Below are positions 1-13,280 of a stretch of DNA of 64,000 nt, piece after piece. Numbering within the stretch: position 1 is the stretch's first letter; each line of letters begins with the position of its first letter. The notes beneath the pieces are model-generated. The model did no database searches and was not told where the DNA came from. It was given only the letters and a program-made list of their open reading frames with translations. The position numbers and the translations under genes are program-made. The DNA is from Auanema rhodensis (lineage: Eukaryota > Animalia > Nematoda): the NCBI GenBank assembly GCA_964057225.1, contig OZ059899.1, positions 11,346,001 through 11,410,000 of the forward strand, given 5' to 3'.

Positions 1-1492
1 TTTTGAAAAGTTTTTATTTTTCTGATAATTTTGATAATTATGATAATTTTTATTGTTTTGGTTATCACGTGGATAATTACGGTCGAAATTTCGGTTATCT
101 CGTCTCTCGTTTGTGCGCGCGAAAGGAGCTAGTGCTTTGTTTACAGCATTGACTAGCATGGACTGCGTGTCTGTTGTCTGGTTCATTATCGATTCTTCCC
201 AGCGAGCGGCCTCAATCGCATCCGTGAAGGATTTTGGCTTCGCTCGAATCACAGCTGGTTTCAGAGTATTTTTCAGTCCTCTGAGGAAAGTTGATCTTAA
301 TATGTGATCTTTGTGAGGGTCATCCGTGGCAAAAGCGCTTAGTGCAATCGTTCTCAGTGATTGAGCGTATGCGTCAATTGTCAGATCCCCTTGGGTTGTG
401 TTTTGGAGATTGATCAGCGCGGGGTCCTGATTATATTCAGGACAAAGCTTAGATGTTAAAGCTCTTAACAGGTCATTCCATGAACCGGTGGTTTTTAATT
501 GTTCAGGTACTTGCCTGTACGCTTTTTCCGCTGCTTCGTTTTTAAGAAGCAAAGGTAGAAGGGCTAATCTCTCCGGGATTAACAGACCTACAGCGTTGGC
601 AAATAGGTTGAATTTAGCCGTGAAATCTCGAAAGTTGCGACTGCCATCATAAGTTGGGTGATAACAAGGCTTGCGCTATGGTAGTTTTCCCTGCCCCAGG
701 TAAACAAGGTTCAGTTGCCATATTACTTGTACGGGCAGATGGCATTTTTATCACTCTGCCTGTTGTTAATGAGTTCTCAGACACAGGGGTTGTGTGTACT
801 GAGCGGCTGGGTTGGTTTGGTGCTTTTGAACTTCCTGTTGTTGTATTTGGTAAAATTGGGGTTGAAGTTTGGTTATCAGTAATAGCAAGATGTGTATGTT
901 CGGGTGGTTGTATGGGAGATAAATTAATGTTTGGAACCGACGAGTATCTATTCGTGTGGCTGGTGTTCAAGTTTCGATCTTTTGGTGAACGATTGAAGAG
1001 ATCAGAAACTATGTTTTTAAAAGTTTGTAAACCGCCTGCACTAGTAGTGGCTACTGAAGGTGAAACTGTTGGTTCAGGGATGGACAGAGAGAGAGATGCG
1101 TCCGATTTGCTTGAGTTTTTATTTTTATTTTTCTTATTTTTATTTGAATTAGAGGAGCGTACCTTTTTAGCAGTAACTGGTGTTTGTTCTTCCACTATGA
1201 TGGATGTTTCTTCTCCTCCTGGTGGTACGTAATCCTCGTCGCTTAATCGTTCAGTAGGTGAATAAGTGCCTGCACGAGGAGTAAAGAATTTGTCGGTTTT
1301 GTGCTCGGCTTTCTGCTCGTCTTCGATTATAGCGATGCTCTGCGCGCGAGCTCGGCTTCTGGTGAGTGGAGCTGAGTCTCGCAGATCAAAATCAGTTCGT
1401 GTACTGAGAGGTACAGCTGATCGGAATCGCTTATCCACTTTGGTAGCGCTCTTGGTTTGGAAAAACCTTGAGTGTTTAGTAACGTGGGGGAT
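1..1492 (-). pseudogene. gag: Frameshifted gag (N-terminal extension plus capsid-like domain)
   Basis: ORF 647-1438 matches the N-terminus of the intact polyprotein. An ~8-nt deletion near 655 shifts the frame; the other frame continues PTYDGSRNFRDFTAKFN...ARWEESI toward base 1. Confidence 0.88.
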
Positions 1493-2823
1493 TTTGAGAC
1501 GTTAATGAGTGTTATGGATAAGGAATTTTGGAAAAGGGGTGAGAAAGCTGTGAGTAACTGGTTTGTATAGTCGGCGTTAAGGAATGAATCTAAGTTGTGG
1601 CCATCAACAGAGATCCGCCTACTACCGTATGAAAATTTGGACTTTGTTCGCTTTCCAATTTAATATTCTTAAATGTATATAATTCAACCAGTTTGTATAT
1701 GTTCAAAAATGTTCAGTGCTCACTTGATTGATGCCTGAGCAATCTCCTTAGTCCTTATTCCCATTTTTTTTTCTTTTTCTGACGATTCTGATCTTCTTGG
1801 ACTCACGAGTGATCGAAAATGCCACGAAAATGGACTTTGGTAAATGTTCAAAGGATTTTAGCGGTTTTCATAATGTACATTCGTAATAGCATTACTCTTT
1901 TAAGGAAGCAATTTGGAAAACGAATGAATACCGTAGTCCCGTCATGATCAGAAATCTAGTTTTAAAATTATGGCTAGGAATAGATGAAGATTACAATAAC
2001 TATATTTAAAGAATTATGGTGTTTAGGAATGAGTCTTATGCTTCAAAACAACAATAACGGTATGAGGAAGGTGACATATAGTAAGGGGAGAAAATCCAAA
2101 CTGATATGCTTAAGCCAACACGACCTGATCACTAATAATAATTCAGTTCGTAAAATTGTACAGGATTTTTCGGACTATAGCGATCTTAAAATTCACTTCT
2201 CATAATATTCCTCCCATTTAGGTAAGGTTTCCCGTGTAAATTCAATGCGTTATCAAAATATTTTTGGATGTTAATGGCAAAAAGTTGTCTGAACAGAAAT
2301 GTAACGCAAAATAAAATAGTCCTGATCGCAAAATATGAAATAATCTCAATTTGGTGCGCAAAATTGTTTCATCCACAAAAATAAAGAAATAACCGTGGCT
2401 ATTCTTTCCTCGAAGCCAAAATCAATCCTTAAAAGGAGAAAATGTGGGCATAAATCTCAATAAAAATTATCCTTGGGTGAATTTGTTCACTAATTCATCC
2501 TAGGGTCCTCAAAAAAATGCTTCGAGTTCGGGTAACAGAGTATTCGATGTTAACAGCAAGGATATAAAAATTGTTGGGTTCAGACAGACAGAAAATTGTG
2601 AACAAACGGGAAATATAACTTCAGTTTCAAAAAATATAAAATATCCATCTCCAAAAGGAGTGGTCCTTGCATCTGTACCCTTTTAAACGTTGTTGGCCCC
2701 ACCGTATTGTGTTAAGACATGGAGTAGATGGTTTAGAGATATAAGAGAATTCAGATTCAATGAAATATTGAAAATAACGAAATATAAGAGAAAATAGTCA
2801 AGAAATCAAGATAAAATGTTCGA

Positions 2824-2836
2824 GGTGGAACCTCCA
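2824..2836 (-). promoter_or_regulatory. Primer-binding site complementary to tRNA-Gln 3' end
   Basis: Minus-strand TGGAGGTTCCACC directly abuts the LTR end; it is the reverse complement of ...GGTGGAACCT-CCA of eukaryotic tRNA-Gln. Confidence 0.85.
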
Positions 2837-3173
2837 CGTTCCGTTATGCTCTCACGTCGATCCTATAGACCAATAAAGCCTACAAGATGAGTGTGATAGT
2901 ATTCCAGATGTAGCGGTAGATAAAGAGCATAATGGATAAACATAAGACTCGAGAAAGAAAGGTTTATTATGTCTACATGATTACAACAAGTTATATAAGT
3001 CTACATAAAGATATAAAGTGAAAGAGAGCTAAGAAAGGAAGACCAACCATCCATAGTCATTCCATAAGGCAAAGCTGAAGTCTGTGTTCCATATGAAGGG
3101 CGTGTTGTCCTCTCTCAGCCTCATGTCGTCTGATTCTAACCCGCCTGCTACGTATTGATTTCCGAATGGAACG
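2837..3173 (-). repeat. LTR (337 bp) shared by two tandem elements
   Basis: Minus strand begins CGTTCCATTCGGA (same as the LTRs at 45299 and 57003) and ends GAGCATAACGGAACG; AATAAA at 2963-2968; PPT on one side, PBS on the other. Confidence 0.9.
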
Positions 3174-3175
3174 TG

Positions 3176-3185
3176 CCATTTTTTC
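3176..3185 (-). promoter_or_regulatory. Polypurine tract (imperfect)
   Basis: GAAAAAATGG-CA just before the LTR; equivalent to GAAAAAGGG-CA at 56992-57002. Confidence 0.7.
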
Positions 3186-3870
3186 GAGTTTATGTCGCGT
3201 CCTCGCGAATAGCAAAATATGTGGCTTGTTCCAATCGTAGCAGAAGGTTTAGTTTTAAAAAATAAAAATTACAATGTTAACATAAAAATAGTAAAGATAA
3301 ATTACAATATAATGTTAAACAATATTATCTGAAAAGAATTTAATAAAAATTATTTGAAAATACATGAATATTAAGTAATAAAACAATCTTTTAGAATACC
3401 AGGGCTATATTTTGTCAGCGAGAGTGCGCAAAATAGCTTTTTAGGCACGACGCTGCATGTCTAACTTGTTTGAGTATAGAGAAACGAGAGTCATGCTATA
3501 TTATCGATGGAGCTAGCATGTTTCTTCAGCGTATTCAAAGCGAATTGTAATAATAAAAAAAAATTAAACTAAATCCCATATAATTTCCGGAATTGAATCA
3601 TTAACTACTTGATAAGGACTGTTGCTCAGATGAATATGCAATATAATGTCTCTTATCTTTCATTTCTTCTTTATTTACGGGAAATTATTTGAAATTGATG
3701 AAGTTTTATAATCATATATGCTTTGAAACTGAAATGCTTTTTGATTATTAGCTTACATCTCGTCTTACTCAAGTTTTTCAATGATATAATAATATGAATA
3801 GCTCTGGTTTTTTAAAAGAAAGTTGATACAAAGTTTTACAATAATTTTATCAATCTCGAAATTATTTCTT

Positions 3871-5754
3871 TCATCGTCTTCTTCTTGGTGGTAGCCAATT
3901 TTGGTCCGATGGGTCTTCTGGTTCTGTTTCTTCAGTAGAGTCATAGTTATCGTTACCATTTATGACTTTTATGATCTCAATATCGCTGTCGTCGTCCGTG
4001 TCATAAGTCGTTGTATTTGATCGCGTGTTTTGAGCGATTGTATGGTCCATTTTTCGTTCAAAAAGTTTGAGATTGTCTTTGTGTACGTCTTGAATTTTTC
4101 CAAATGGATTCTTGAGTTGTACCATGTTTCCTTCAACGTTGATGACTTCAAATGGTCCATCATATGATTTGCGAAGCTTTTGACCTGGTTTATGCGCTTT
4201 AATTGCTAACATAACTTGGTCTCCTTTTCGGATATCTCTTTCTTCTATTCGTTGTCGTCCATCATGTTTTCTCTTCGCGGTTTTTTGATGTTTTGCAAGA
4301 TTTTCTTGAATGATGGTTCTTCTTTCTCCTCTGATATATTCGGTATTCTCAATTTCTTCCAAGATCTCTGGTTGTAATGTCTCGGGGAATAATTCTTTGT
4401 CTAATCTCATACGACTTTCTTTTCCAAATAATGCTATGCATGGAGAGATTCCTGTGGTTGTGTGTGTTATTGTATTTAACGCAAAAGTAATTTTTGGTAA
4501 ATACATGTCCCAATCAGTTACGTCTTCGTTGAGATAGTGTGTTAATCCTTCTTCTAGCGTTCTGTGTAGTCTTTCGACTTGTCCATTGGAGTTTTTCTGA
4601 TGAGGGAGTGTTGGCTCGTGTTTAATGCCAAGTTTTTCACACATTTCTTCAAATTTCTTTGATACAAAATTAGATCCACGATCGGTTATTAAACGATTTG
4701 GTGGTCCAAAAATATATACGAAATTCCTGAGGAATCTATCAATGATGACATCGGTGACAATTGTTGGTATAGCGATGGTTGTCGCCCATTTGGAGAATGA
4801 ATCTTGTATTGTTAGGACATAATTGTTGTTTCTTTTTGAAATAGGGAATGGTCCCATAATATCCATATGTATTCTCTCAAATGGTTTTGATGGTATTTCA
4901 AATTGACCCATAGGCTGAACGGTCATAGCGTGAGGATCTTTCTTCCTTTGTGCGCATTTAACGCATTGTTTCACAAAAATTGCTATGTCCGTTTGCATAT
5001 TTGTCCAGCAGAATCTTCGTAGTATGGCTTCTTTAGTTTTGTTAATTCCTTGATGTGCTCCAATTGCTGGGTCTTCGTGAAATTCTTCGATAATCTTGTT
5101 GATAAGTTCGCTTTCCCTTGGTAAAATCAAAGCTGGGTGTGGTCGTTTTCTGCTTGGTTTTGTGTATAACATGTTGTCAATAACACAATAACGATCATTA
5201 GAAAGCATGTTCTTTTTCGCTCTGTATTCTATTTCGGCGATAGTTCTCTTTATCCAAGGTGTATCCTCTTGAATTGCTCTAATGTCAGGTACATTAACGA
5301 AATTAATTTGAGCTTTCGGAATTTCTTTTGTTTTCTTTTTCTTTTCCGGTTTAGGATCATTTGCTTCATCTCCAATGTATCGTGAGAGAGCATCACAGAC
5401 TTTGTTTAGTCTGCCTTCTCGGTATCTTATCTCGATATCGTATTCCTGTATGACTAATTGAAATTTTGCTAGTCTTCCAAAAAGGTCTCTACGAGTCAAT
5501 AAGCTTGTTAATGGTCGATGGTCTGTGATACAGATTGTATGTGATCCAAGTATATATGTTCGAAACTGAGCTAAAGCGTATACGAGTCCTAACGCTTCTA
5601 TTTCAATAGGAGCATAGTTACGTTCCGCTTTTACAAGTTTACGGCTTGCAAATGCAATTGGATGTAAGTTTTTGAGTGGTTCATTGGGATCTTCAGGTTG
5701 TAATAACACTGCTCCCACTGCGATATTACTACCGTCACTTTCTATAATGAACAT
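3871..5754 (-). pseudogene. pol: pol fragment: RNase H and integrase (HHCC, DDE, GPF)
   Basis: IESDGS, AFASRKL, ITDHRPL, CDALSR; H..H..CVKC; HMDIMGP, ITDRGSNF, NGQVER; YDGPF. Separated from RT by a frameshift near 5790. Confidence 0.92.
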
Positions 5755-6501
5755 ACGGTCTGATCTTGGTGGTTTTAAGACCGGTGCATCAATTTTCTTT
5801 TTAGTGTATCAACAGCTTGTTGACTTTTGTCATTCCATTGAAATTTCACATCAAGTTTTGTATGGTCGTATAAAGAGCTTGCGATGTGTGCAAAATCTTT
5901 AATAAATTTCCGAAAGAATCCTACCATTCCCAAAAATGCTCTTACTCCTGTAGGTGACTTTGGAGCAGGATAGTCTTGAATGACGGAGACTTTCTGTGGA
6001 TCTGGTTTGACCCCATCTCTTCCGACAATTAAACCAAGAAATTTTACTTCAGGTCTTGCAAAAGCGCATTTCTTGAGTTTAATTTACATGCCTAATTTCT
6101 TTACTTCTCTGAGAATCTCAGCTATATCGTCAAGATGTTGTTCTGCAGTGTCTGATATAACAAGTAAATCATCCAAATAAACAAAGAGTCGGCATTTACA
6201 TCGGCTTTGAAGGTATCGTACTGCTGTTTGAAAGGTATGTGACCACATAACCCCATAGGCATCCTTCTATATTGATAAGTACCGGTGTTTGTTGTAAATG
6301 CTGTTAATGGTCGATCTGATTTTTTTAATGCTATTTGGAAGAATCCGGATACTAAATCAAAGTTAGAAAAATATTGTGATCCGGCTGCCATATCGACAAT
6401 GTCAGAGATGTTAGGTATGATGTATGTTTGCTTGCGAGTGACGTTATTTAGAGCACGGAAATCGGTTACGAAACGGAATGTTTCATCTTTCTTTTCTAAA
6501 A
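5755..6501 (-). pseudogene. pol: pol fragment: reverse transcriptase with several frameshifts
   Basis: FSNFDLVSGFFQI and RMPMGLCG; YLDD in another frame; small duplication near 6500 and deletions near 6240 and 5790 relative to the intact copy. Confidence 0.88.
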
Positions 6502-9365
6502 CTAAACTAAAACTACAGGACTATTGAAAAGAGATGTGGATGGTTCAATTATATTTTGCTTCAGCATCTCCTGTACCTGTCTTTCGACTTCTTCTTGTTT
6601 GCCTATAGGGATACGCGTTATACGCGGTCTAGGCATGTCCATATCTGTTCTTAGAGGTATTGAATGCTCTACAGGTCCTTTAAATAGTCCTATTTGTTTA
6701 TCCTCATTTAAAAATGCATCTCTATTACGTAGAATACAAAGCTGAAGAAGATCTTTTTGTTCTTTAGTTAGGTCGGCGTCTTTTAAATCAAGATCGTTCA
6801 TAAAGTCCTGAGGAAAATGAGGTAATTTATTTTCCCAATCCGCTTCGGGTGGTATATAGTCTGGATTGTGTTCGGTCGTAAAGATCTCGTATTGTGGCAG
6901 TACGCCTATTTTTGCTTTGTCAATAATGTTTCCGGGTGATAGATCTATAGGATGATCAGTGTTGTTTTTGAATGTCATGGTAATTGAATTGACGTCTCGA
7001 AATGCTGTTTCGTAGGTGGTAGATATCGTCTTTTCTTCATCGGGTTGTAGCACGGCGACTTCTTTGTGTGATATGGGTTCAGCTAACCTTACTGGTATTC
7101 TACAGGTCTGATGAGGAAAGATACATTGTGGATTTAAATTTATCAAATTAATGACAAATGATGTTTTTCTAATATTCCCGTTATTTCCATTGGCTAACGG
7201 TACTACCCGGTTTCCGATTTCTAACGTTTGTTTGAATGGTCGAAGTTTCATACCGATATTTTTACGATCGAGTGTTTTCATAAAATCTAATCCAATTATT
7301 GCTGGTGATGGACAGTCTTCATCTCTTGAAATGAAGAATGTATGATCTATTTCATATCCAGCAATTTCTACGGTTAAATCAATTGTTCCAAGAAATCGAA
7401 ATGCTGATCCGTTTGCTGTCGTTGCAACTGATTTATCCTTTTTTACAAAATCATTCAAAGTTAAGTAATGTAATGTCGAGAGTCTGATATAACTAATCGA
7501 TGATCCTGAATCCCAAAGAGTTAGGATTAGTCTATCGTTAACAGTCATCAATAGCAGTGGTAGAGTTTGGTCTTTGCGATTGGAAACTGAACAAACTATG
7601 GGCATAGCTAGTGGAACTAAAGTGAGAAACGATGGATAGTACTGTTTCATTATATTCTTTGGTATTGGCTGATCAGGTTGACTTACTAGCTCTAATGTTT
7701 CTTCATATGTGGGAAGATCGTTGGTTTGATCTCGAAGTTCGATATGCATGACTTGCATGCCTATTGGTTTGAAGAAATATATTTTCGCAACGAAGGCTAG
7801 TACGATCAGTATAACTACAATAATTGTAATTGCTCCAATAGTGATGAGTGTTCGTTCAATCGTTCCTGCTATTGTATCGACAAAAGAATTCCATGTACTT
7901 TTGGTGAATTCATTGGCTTTGGAGATGTAATCACTACTTTTCTTCAATATGCTGAATGCTGATGATATTTTTGGATCATGATGAATTGTGTGAAGCACGT
8001 GATTTTGACGAATCGATGCTAAACTAGCACCATAAGCAATGGCTGTTGTCATTGAGTACACTCGAGATGATAAGTTGGTGTATAAGTGTGCTCCGGTGAA
8101 TTTTGATGGCGTGATCTTTTCATGATGAAGTCCGTCCCACATGGATATGAGACTGACGTCTACAGTACCATTAATTCCTTTCCATTCACCGTCTGTTGAC
8201 CATACGTCTGTCGGTACGTGATCACAGTTAATTTCTTTACCATGAGGTAATAGGTCTTTCGATCCTGGTGCGGCAAACAGTAATTGTCCTTCTTGTGTTA
8301 ATACTGGAGTTTCGAGATAACATGTGCCATTCACAGTGTGATTGTGATATATAGTCCTTTGTAATACTACCGGGCAAACATGTATATGTAATATCTCGCT
8401 GCCTACAAATCTTGCGGCTATATCTTCTCTTCCCAGTATTGTACGCATAGCTATTGTTGGTTCAATTTGTAAAATTGATCTCCATAATTCAAGATACCTA
8501 TTTTGGATCTCACATATTGATTCGTATGACTCTTTAAAATGTTTCTGCAGTTCTTCTTGAATCATAGTTGTAGCATATTGCAAATGATCTTGGGCAATTC
8601 TGCTTGTTATGTTTTGGCGAAACTGTTGTTCGGAGTCAATTTTTGTGGCAATGTATTGAGCATTAGCCTGTACAGACTCTATATCGGTGGCTGTAGGCGT
8701 TGATGATGCTCTATGTTTGCGAATCAAAGATATTGGTGTATATGTTGTTTCTTCCATTATTGGAATTTGTTGATCTTGATGAACAGCGTAGAGAATAGTA
8801 GTTGGCGGCGCGCGGGTCGATATTGTTGCGCGCGCGGTTGTCGTTGCGGTTGTATGGCGCGCCGTTGTTTCGGGCTGGGCCATCGATGAAGGCGCGCGCG
8901 CGGTAGTTGCTGCGGCTGCCCGAGGGCTTGTAGATGTTTGCGGCAGTATTGCGGGATCTGTTGTGATCAGCGCCTCACGATCGATTATAGGGAGGGCTGC
9001 CATCTCGGCCGCGCCGCCTGCCGCGTTGCTTGGCGCACGCGTCGTGGTTTGCAACGATTTAAGTTGGATTTTCTCTGTCATTAATCTTTTTAACTGTTCT
9101 GATGATATTCTACTAGATGTATTAGGCAAAGTATTATCTTTTAGTAGTGGTAAAAATATTTCCAATAATAAGTCCTTAGAGATGTTGTTGGGCTCTATGA
9201 GCTTGGGATGTGGTCCAATTGGTATTCCAAAATTATTCTTGATGTCATAGAACAATTTATCAGTATCAAGTACAAACATTCGTGAAGATGGAAGGTTTAT
9301 AAATTTTATGTCATTAATATCAGCTGCTGTTTTATTTCTTCTAAGCGTAACGAGAGTTTTTAGCT
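6502..9365 (-). pseudogene. C-terminal half of gB-like env, TM, aspartic protease and start of RT in one frame
   Basis: 925-aa ORF whose frame stays open up to the array junction: mucin-like tract, RKHR, LQY...CEIQN...LGR...ARFVG, TM LITIGAITIIVVILIVLAFV, LWDSGS, IIGLDF. Confidence 0.9.
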
Positions 9366-9868
9366 CTAGATCGTGGTCAGCATTTTACAACATTGATAAA
9401 ATAGAAACTGAGAAAAAAACATCAACAAATGACACTATTAACTTGGTTTTTTGAACAGCTTTTTTATAATTCTTTTTCACTATGAGAGAACTTATATTTA
9501 TTGCTTTTTCAAAATTTTCCATTTTTAACATTATACATCTTGACTATCACACATTGAGAACAACAGTTGGCAATGTTGGTTGTCACGTCATATTTCATGC
9601 AGTTAGATTTTCAGACACATTAATACCTTTAACCATTCTTCTTATGAGTTTTGTAACGATAGATCGTAATAGGAAATGAATTGCTATAATATGAAAAAAT
9701 ACAAGACATAGTCAACATTGATTTCCCCAAATAGTATCATGTTTGCTTGTTATTCAATTAGAACACTTTTTTTTTGATTGTTTTCTTGAAATATTCTTTT
9801 TTTTCTTTAACAAAGTTATGACTGAGATCAAAATTTGAACTTACTTTTGAACAATTAAACAGAAATTT

Positions 9869-9874
9869 AAAAAA
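9869..9874 (-). terminator. Pol III oligo-T terminator (present in every unit)
   Basis: TTTTTT starts 5 nt after the tRNA discriminator base on the minus strand. Confidence 0.85.
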
Positions 9875-9878
9875 TATT

Positions 9879-9952
9879 TGCCGCCAGCAGGGGTCGAACC
9901 TGCGACCTTGGGCTTATTAGACCCACGCTCTAACCGACTGAGCTATGGCGGC
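9879..9952 (-). tRNA. tRNA-Ile(AAT)
   Basis: GCCGCCATAGCTCAGTCGGTTAGAGCGTGGGTCTAATAAGCCCAAGGTCGCAGGTTCGACCCCTGCTGGCGGCA folds to a full cloverleaf; anticodon loop CT-AAT-AA; A and B boxes; no encoded CCA. Confidence 0.98.
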
Positions 9953-9980
9953 TACGAAAGTACGAAATAACAAAGCGCTG

Positions 9981-9986
9981 ATTATA
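9981..9986 (-). promoter_or_regulatory. TATA-like element at about -30 from the tRNA (every unit)
   Basis: TATAAT at -34 to -29 on the minus strand, where TFIIIB typically binds. Confidence 0.4.
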
Positions 9987-10544
9987 GGAAACGTGAATGA
10001 ATGCAGATATTCTCAATTCCGATTCATTAACTAGATCGTGGTCAGCATTTTACAACATTGATAAAATAGAAACTGAGAAAAAAACATCAACAAATGACAC
10101 TATTAACTTGGTTTTTTGAACAGCTTTTTTATATTTCTTTTTTCACTATGAGAGAACTTATATTTATTGCTTTTTCAAAATTTTCCATTTTTAACATTAT
10201 ACATCTTGACTATTACACATTGAGAACAACAGTTGGCAATGTTGGTTGTCACGTCATATTTCATGCAGTTAGATTTTCAGACACATTAATACCTTTGACC
10301 ATTTTTCTTATGAGTTTTGTAACGATAGATCGTAATGGGAAATGAATTGCTATAATATGAAAAAATACAAGACATAGTCAACATTGATTTCCCCAAATAG
10401 TATCATGTTTGCTTGTTATTCAATTAGAACACTTATTTTTTGATTGTTTTCTTGAAATATTCTTTTTTTTCTTTAACAAAGTTATGACTGAGATCAAAAT
10501 TTGAACTTACTTTTGAACAATTAAACAGAAATTTAAAAAATATT

Positions 10545-10618
10545 TGCCGCCAGCAGGGGTCGAACCTGCGACCTTGGGCTTATTAGACCCACGCTCTAAC
10601 CGACTGAGCTATGGCGGC
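10545..10618 (-). tRNA. tRNA-Ile(AAT)
   Basis: Array copy of 9879-9952. Confidence 0.95.
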
Positions 10619-11209
10619 TACGAAAGTACGAAATAACAAAGCGCTGATTATAGGAAACGTGAATGAATGCAGATATTCTCAATTCCGATTCATTAACTAG
10701 ATCGTGGTCAGCATTTTACAACATTGATAAAATAGAAACTGAGAAAAAAACATCAACAAATGACACTATTAACTTGGTTTTTTGAACAGCTTTTTTATAA
10801 TTCTTTTTCACTATGAGAGAACTTATATTTATTGCTTTTTCAAAATTTTCCATTTTTAACATTATACATCTTGACTATCACACATTGAGAACAACAGTTG
10901 GCAATGTTGGTTGTCACGTCATATTTCATGCAGTTAGATTTTCAGACACATTAATACCTTTAACCATTCTTCTTATGAGTTTTGTAACGATAGATCGTAA
11001 TAGGAAATGAATTGCTATAATATGAAAAAATACAAGACATAGTCAACATTGATTTCCCCAAATAGTATCATGTTTGCTTGTTATTCAATTAGAACACTTT
11101 TTTTTTGATTGTTTTCTTGAAATATTCTTTTTTTTCTTTAACAAAGTTATGACTGAGATCAAAATTTGAACTTACTTTTGAACAATTAAACAGAAATTTA
11201 AAAAATATT

Positions 11210-11283
11210 TGCCGCCAGCAGGGGTCGAACCTGCGACCTTGGGCTTATTAGACCCACGCTCTAACCGACTGAGCTATGGCGGC
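11210..11283 (-). tRNA. tRNA-Ile(AAT)
   Basis: Array copy. Confidence 0.95.
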
Positions 11284-11875
11284 TACGAAAGTACGAAATA
11301 ACAAAGCGCTGATTATAGGAAACGTGAATGAATGCAGATATTCTCAATTCCGATTCATTAACTAGATCGTGGTCAGCATTTTACAACATTGATAAAATAG
11401 AAACTGAGAAAAAAACATCAACAAATGACACTATTAACTTGGTTTTTTGAACAGCTTTTTTATATTTCTTTTTTCACTATGAGAGAACTTATATTTATTG
11501 CTTTTTCAAAATTTTCCATTTTTAACATTATACATCTTGACTATTACACATTGAGAACAACAGTTGGCAATGTTGGTTGTCACGTCATATTTCATGCAGT
11601 TAGATTTTCAGACACATTAATACCTTTGACCATTTTTCTTATGAGTTTTGTAACGATAGATCGTAATGGGAAATGAATTGCTATAATATGAAAAAATACA
11701 AGACATAGTCAACATTGATTTCCCCAAATAGTATCATGTTTGCTTGTTATTCAATTAGAACACTTATTTTTTGATTGTTTTCTTGAAATATTCTTTTTTT
11801 TCTTTAACAAAGTTATGACTGAGATCAAAATTTGAACTTACTTTTGAACAATTAAACAGAAATTTAAAAAATATT

Positions 11876-11949
11876 TGCCGCCAGCAGGGGTCGAACCTGC
11901 GACCTTGGGCTTATTAGACCCACGCTCTAACCGACTGAGCTATGGCGGC
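11876..11949 (-). tRNA. tRNA-Ile(AAT)
   Basis: Array copy. Confidence 0.95.
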
Positions 11950-12540
11950 TACGAAAGTACGAAATAACAAAGCGCTGATTATAGGAAACGTGAATGAATG
12001 CAGATATTCTCAATTCCGATTCATTAACTAGATCGTGGTCAGCATTTTACAACATTGATAAAATAGAAACTGAGAAAAAAACATCAACAAATGACACTAT
12101 TAACTTGGTTTTTTGAACAGCTTTTTAATATTTCTTTTTCACTATGAGAGAACTTATATTTATTGCTTTTTCAAAATTTTCCATTTTTAACATTATACAT
12201 CTTGACTATCACACATTGAGAACAACAGTTGGCAATGTTGGTTGTCACGTCATATTTCATGCAGTTAGATTTTCAGACACATTAATACCTTTGACCATTT
12301 TTCTTATGAGTTTTGTAACGATAGATCGTAATGGGAAATGAATTGCTATAATATGAAAAAATACAAGACATAGTCAACATTGATTTCCCCAAATAGTATC
12401 ATGTTTGCTTGTTATTCAATTAGAACACTTATTTTTTGATTGTTTTCTTGAAATATTCTTTTTTTTCTTTAACAAAGTTATGACTGAGATCAAAATTTGA
12501 ACTTACTTTTGAACAATTAAACAGAAATTTAAAAAATATT

Positions 12541-12614
12541 TGCCGCCAGCAGGGGTCGAACCTGCGACCTTGGGCTTATTAGACCCACGCTTTAACCGAC
12601 TGAGCTATGGCGGC
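12541..12614 (-). tRNA. tRNA-Ile(AAT), D-stem variant (G22A)
   Basis: Array copy with c>t at 12592. Confidence 0.9.
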
Positions 12615-13206
12615 TACGAAAGTACGAAATAACAAAGCGCTGATTATAGGAAACGTGAATGAATGCAGATATTCTCAATTCCGATTCATTTACTAGATCG
12701 TGGTCAGCATTTTACAACATTGATAAAATAGAAACTGAGAAAAAAACATCAACAAATGACACTATTAACTTGGTTTTTTGAACAGCTTTTTTATATTTCT
12801 TTTTTCACTATGAGAGAACTTATATTTATTGCTTTTTCAAAATTTTCCATTTTTAACATTATACATCTTGACTATTACACATTGAGAACAACAGTTGGCA
12901 ATGTTGGTTGTCACGTCATATTTCATGCAGTTAGATTTTCAGACACATTAATACCTTTGACCATTTTTCTTATGAGTTTTGTAACGATAGATCGTAATGG
13001 GAAATGAATTGCTATAATATGAAAAAATACAAGACATAGTCAACATTGATTTCCCCAAATAGTATCATGTTTGCTTGTTATTCAATTAGAACACTTATTT
13101 TTTGATTGTTTTCTTGAAATATTCTTTTTTTTCTTTAACAAAGTTATGACTGAGATCAAAATTTGAACTTACTTTTGAACAATTAAACAGAAATTTAAAA
13201 AATATT

Positions 13207-13280
13207 TGCCGCCAGCAGGGGTCGAACCTGCGACCTTGGGCTTATTAGACCCACGCTTTAACCGACTGAGCTATGGCGGC
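13207..13280 (-). tRNA. tRNA-Ile(AAT), D-stem variant (G22A)
   Basis: Array copy with c>t at 13258. Confidence 0.9.

Larger units (their letters stand above)
1..3173 (-). mobile_element. 5' part (LTR, PBS, leader, gag) of a Ty3/Gypsy LTR element related to 45299-57368; runs off the window start
   Basis: LTR at 2837-3173, PBS TGGAGGTTCCACC, and Gag peptides aligning with the 2901-aa ORF (e.g. LTSKLCPEYNQDPALI, HKDHILRSTFLRGLKNT). Confidence 0.92.
2837..9365 (-). mobile_element. 5'-truncated, decayed env-containing Ty3/Gypsy element
   Basis: env C-half/PR/RT/RH/INT colinear with the 2901-aa ORF, then 3' UTR, PPT and LTR; cut off by the tRNA array at ~9366. Confidence 0.93.

Noticed and set aside
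640-665. Programmed frameshift in the left gag
   Set aside because: The intact element reads through in one frame (SPYCP) and the left copy lacks ~8 nt, with no slippery heptamer; this is decay
1984-2205. 73-aa ORF in the left leader as a second antisense gene
   Set aside because: The homologous block in the intact element has stops in the frames I translated; conservation looks non-coding
113-9250. Short plus-strand ORFs opposite the left gag/env/pol
   Set aside because: Antisense shadows of real coding frames with no independent features
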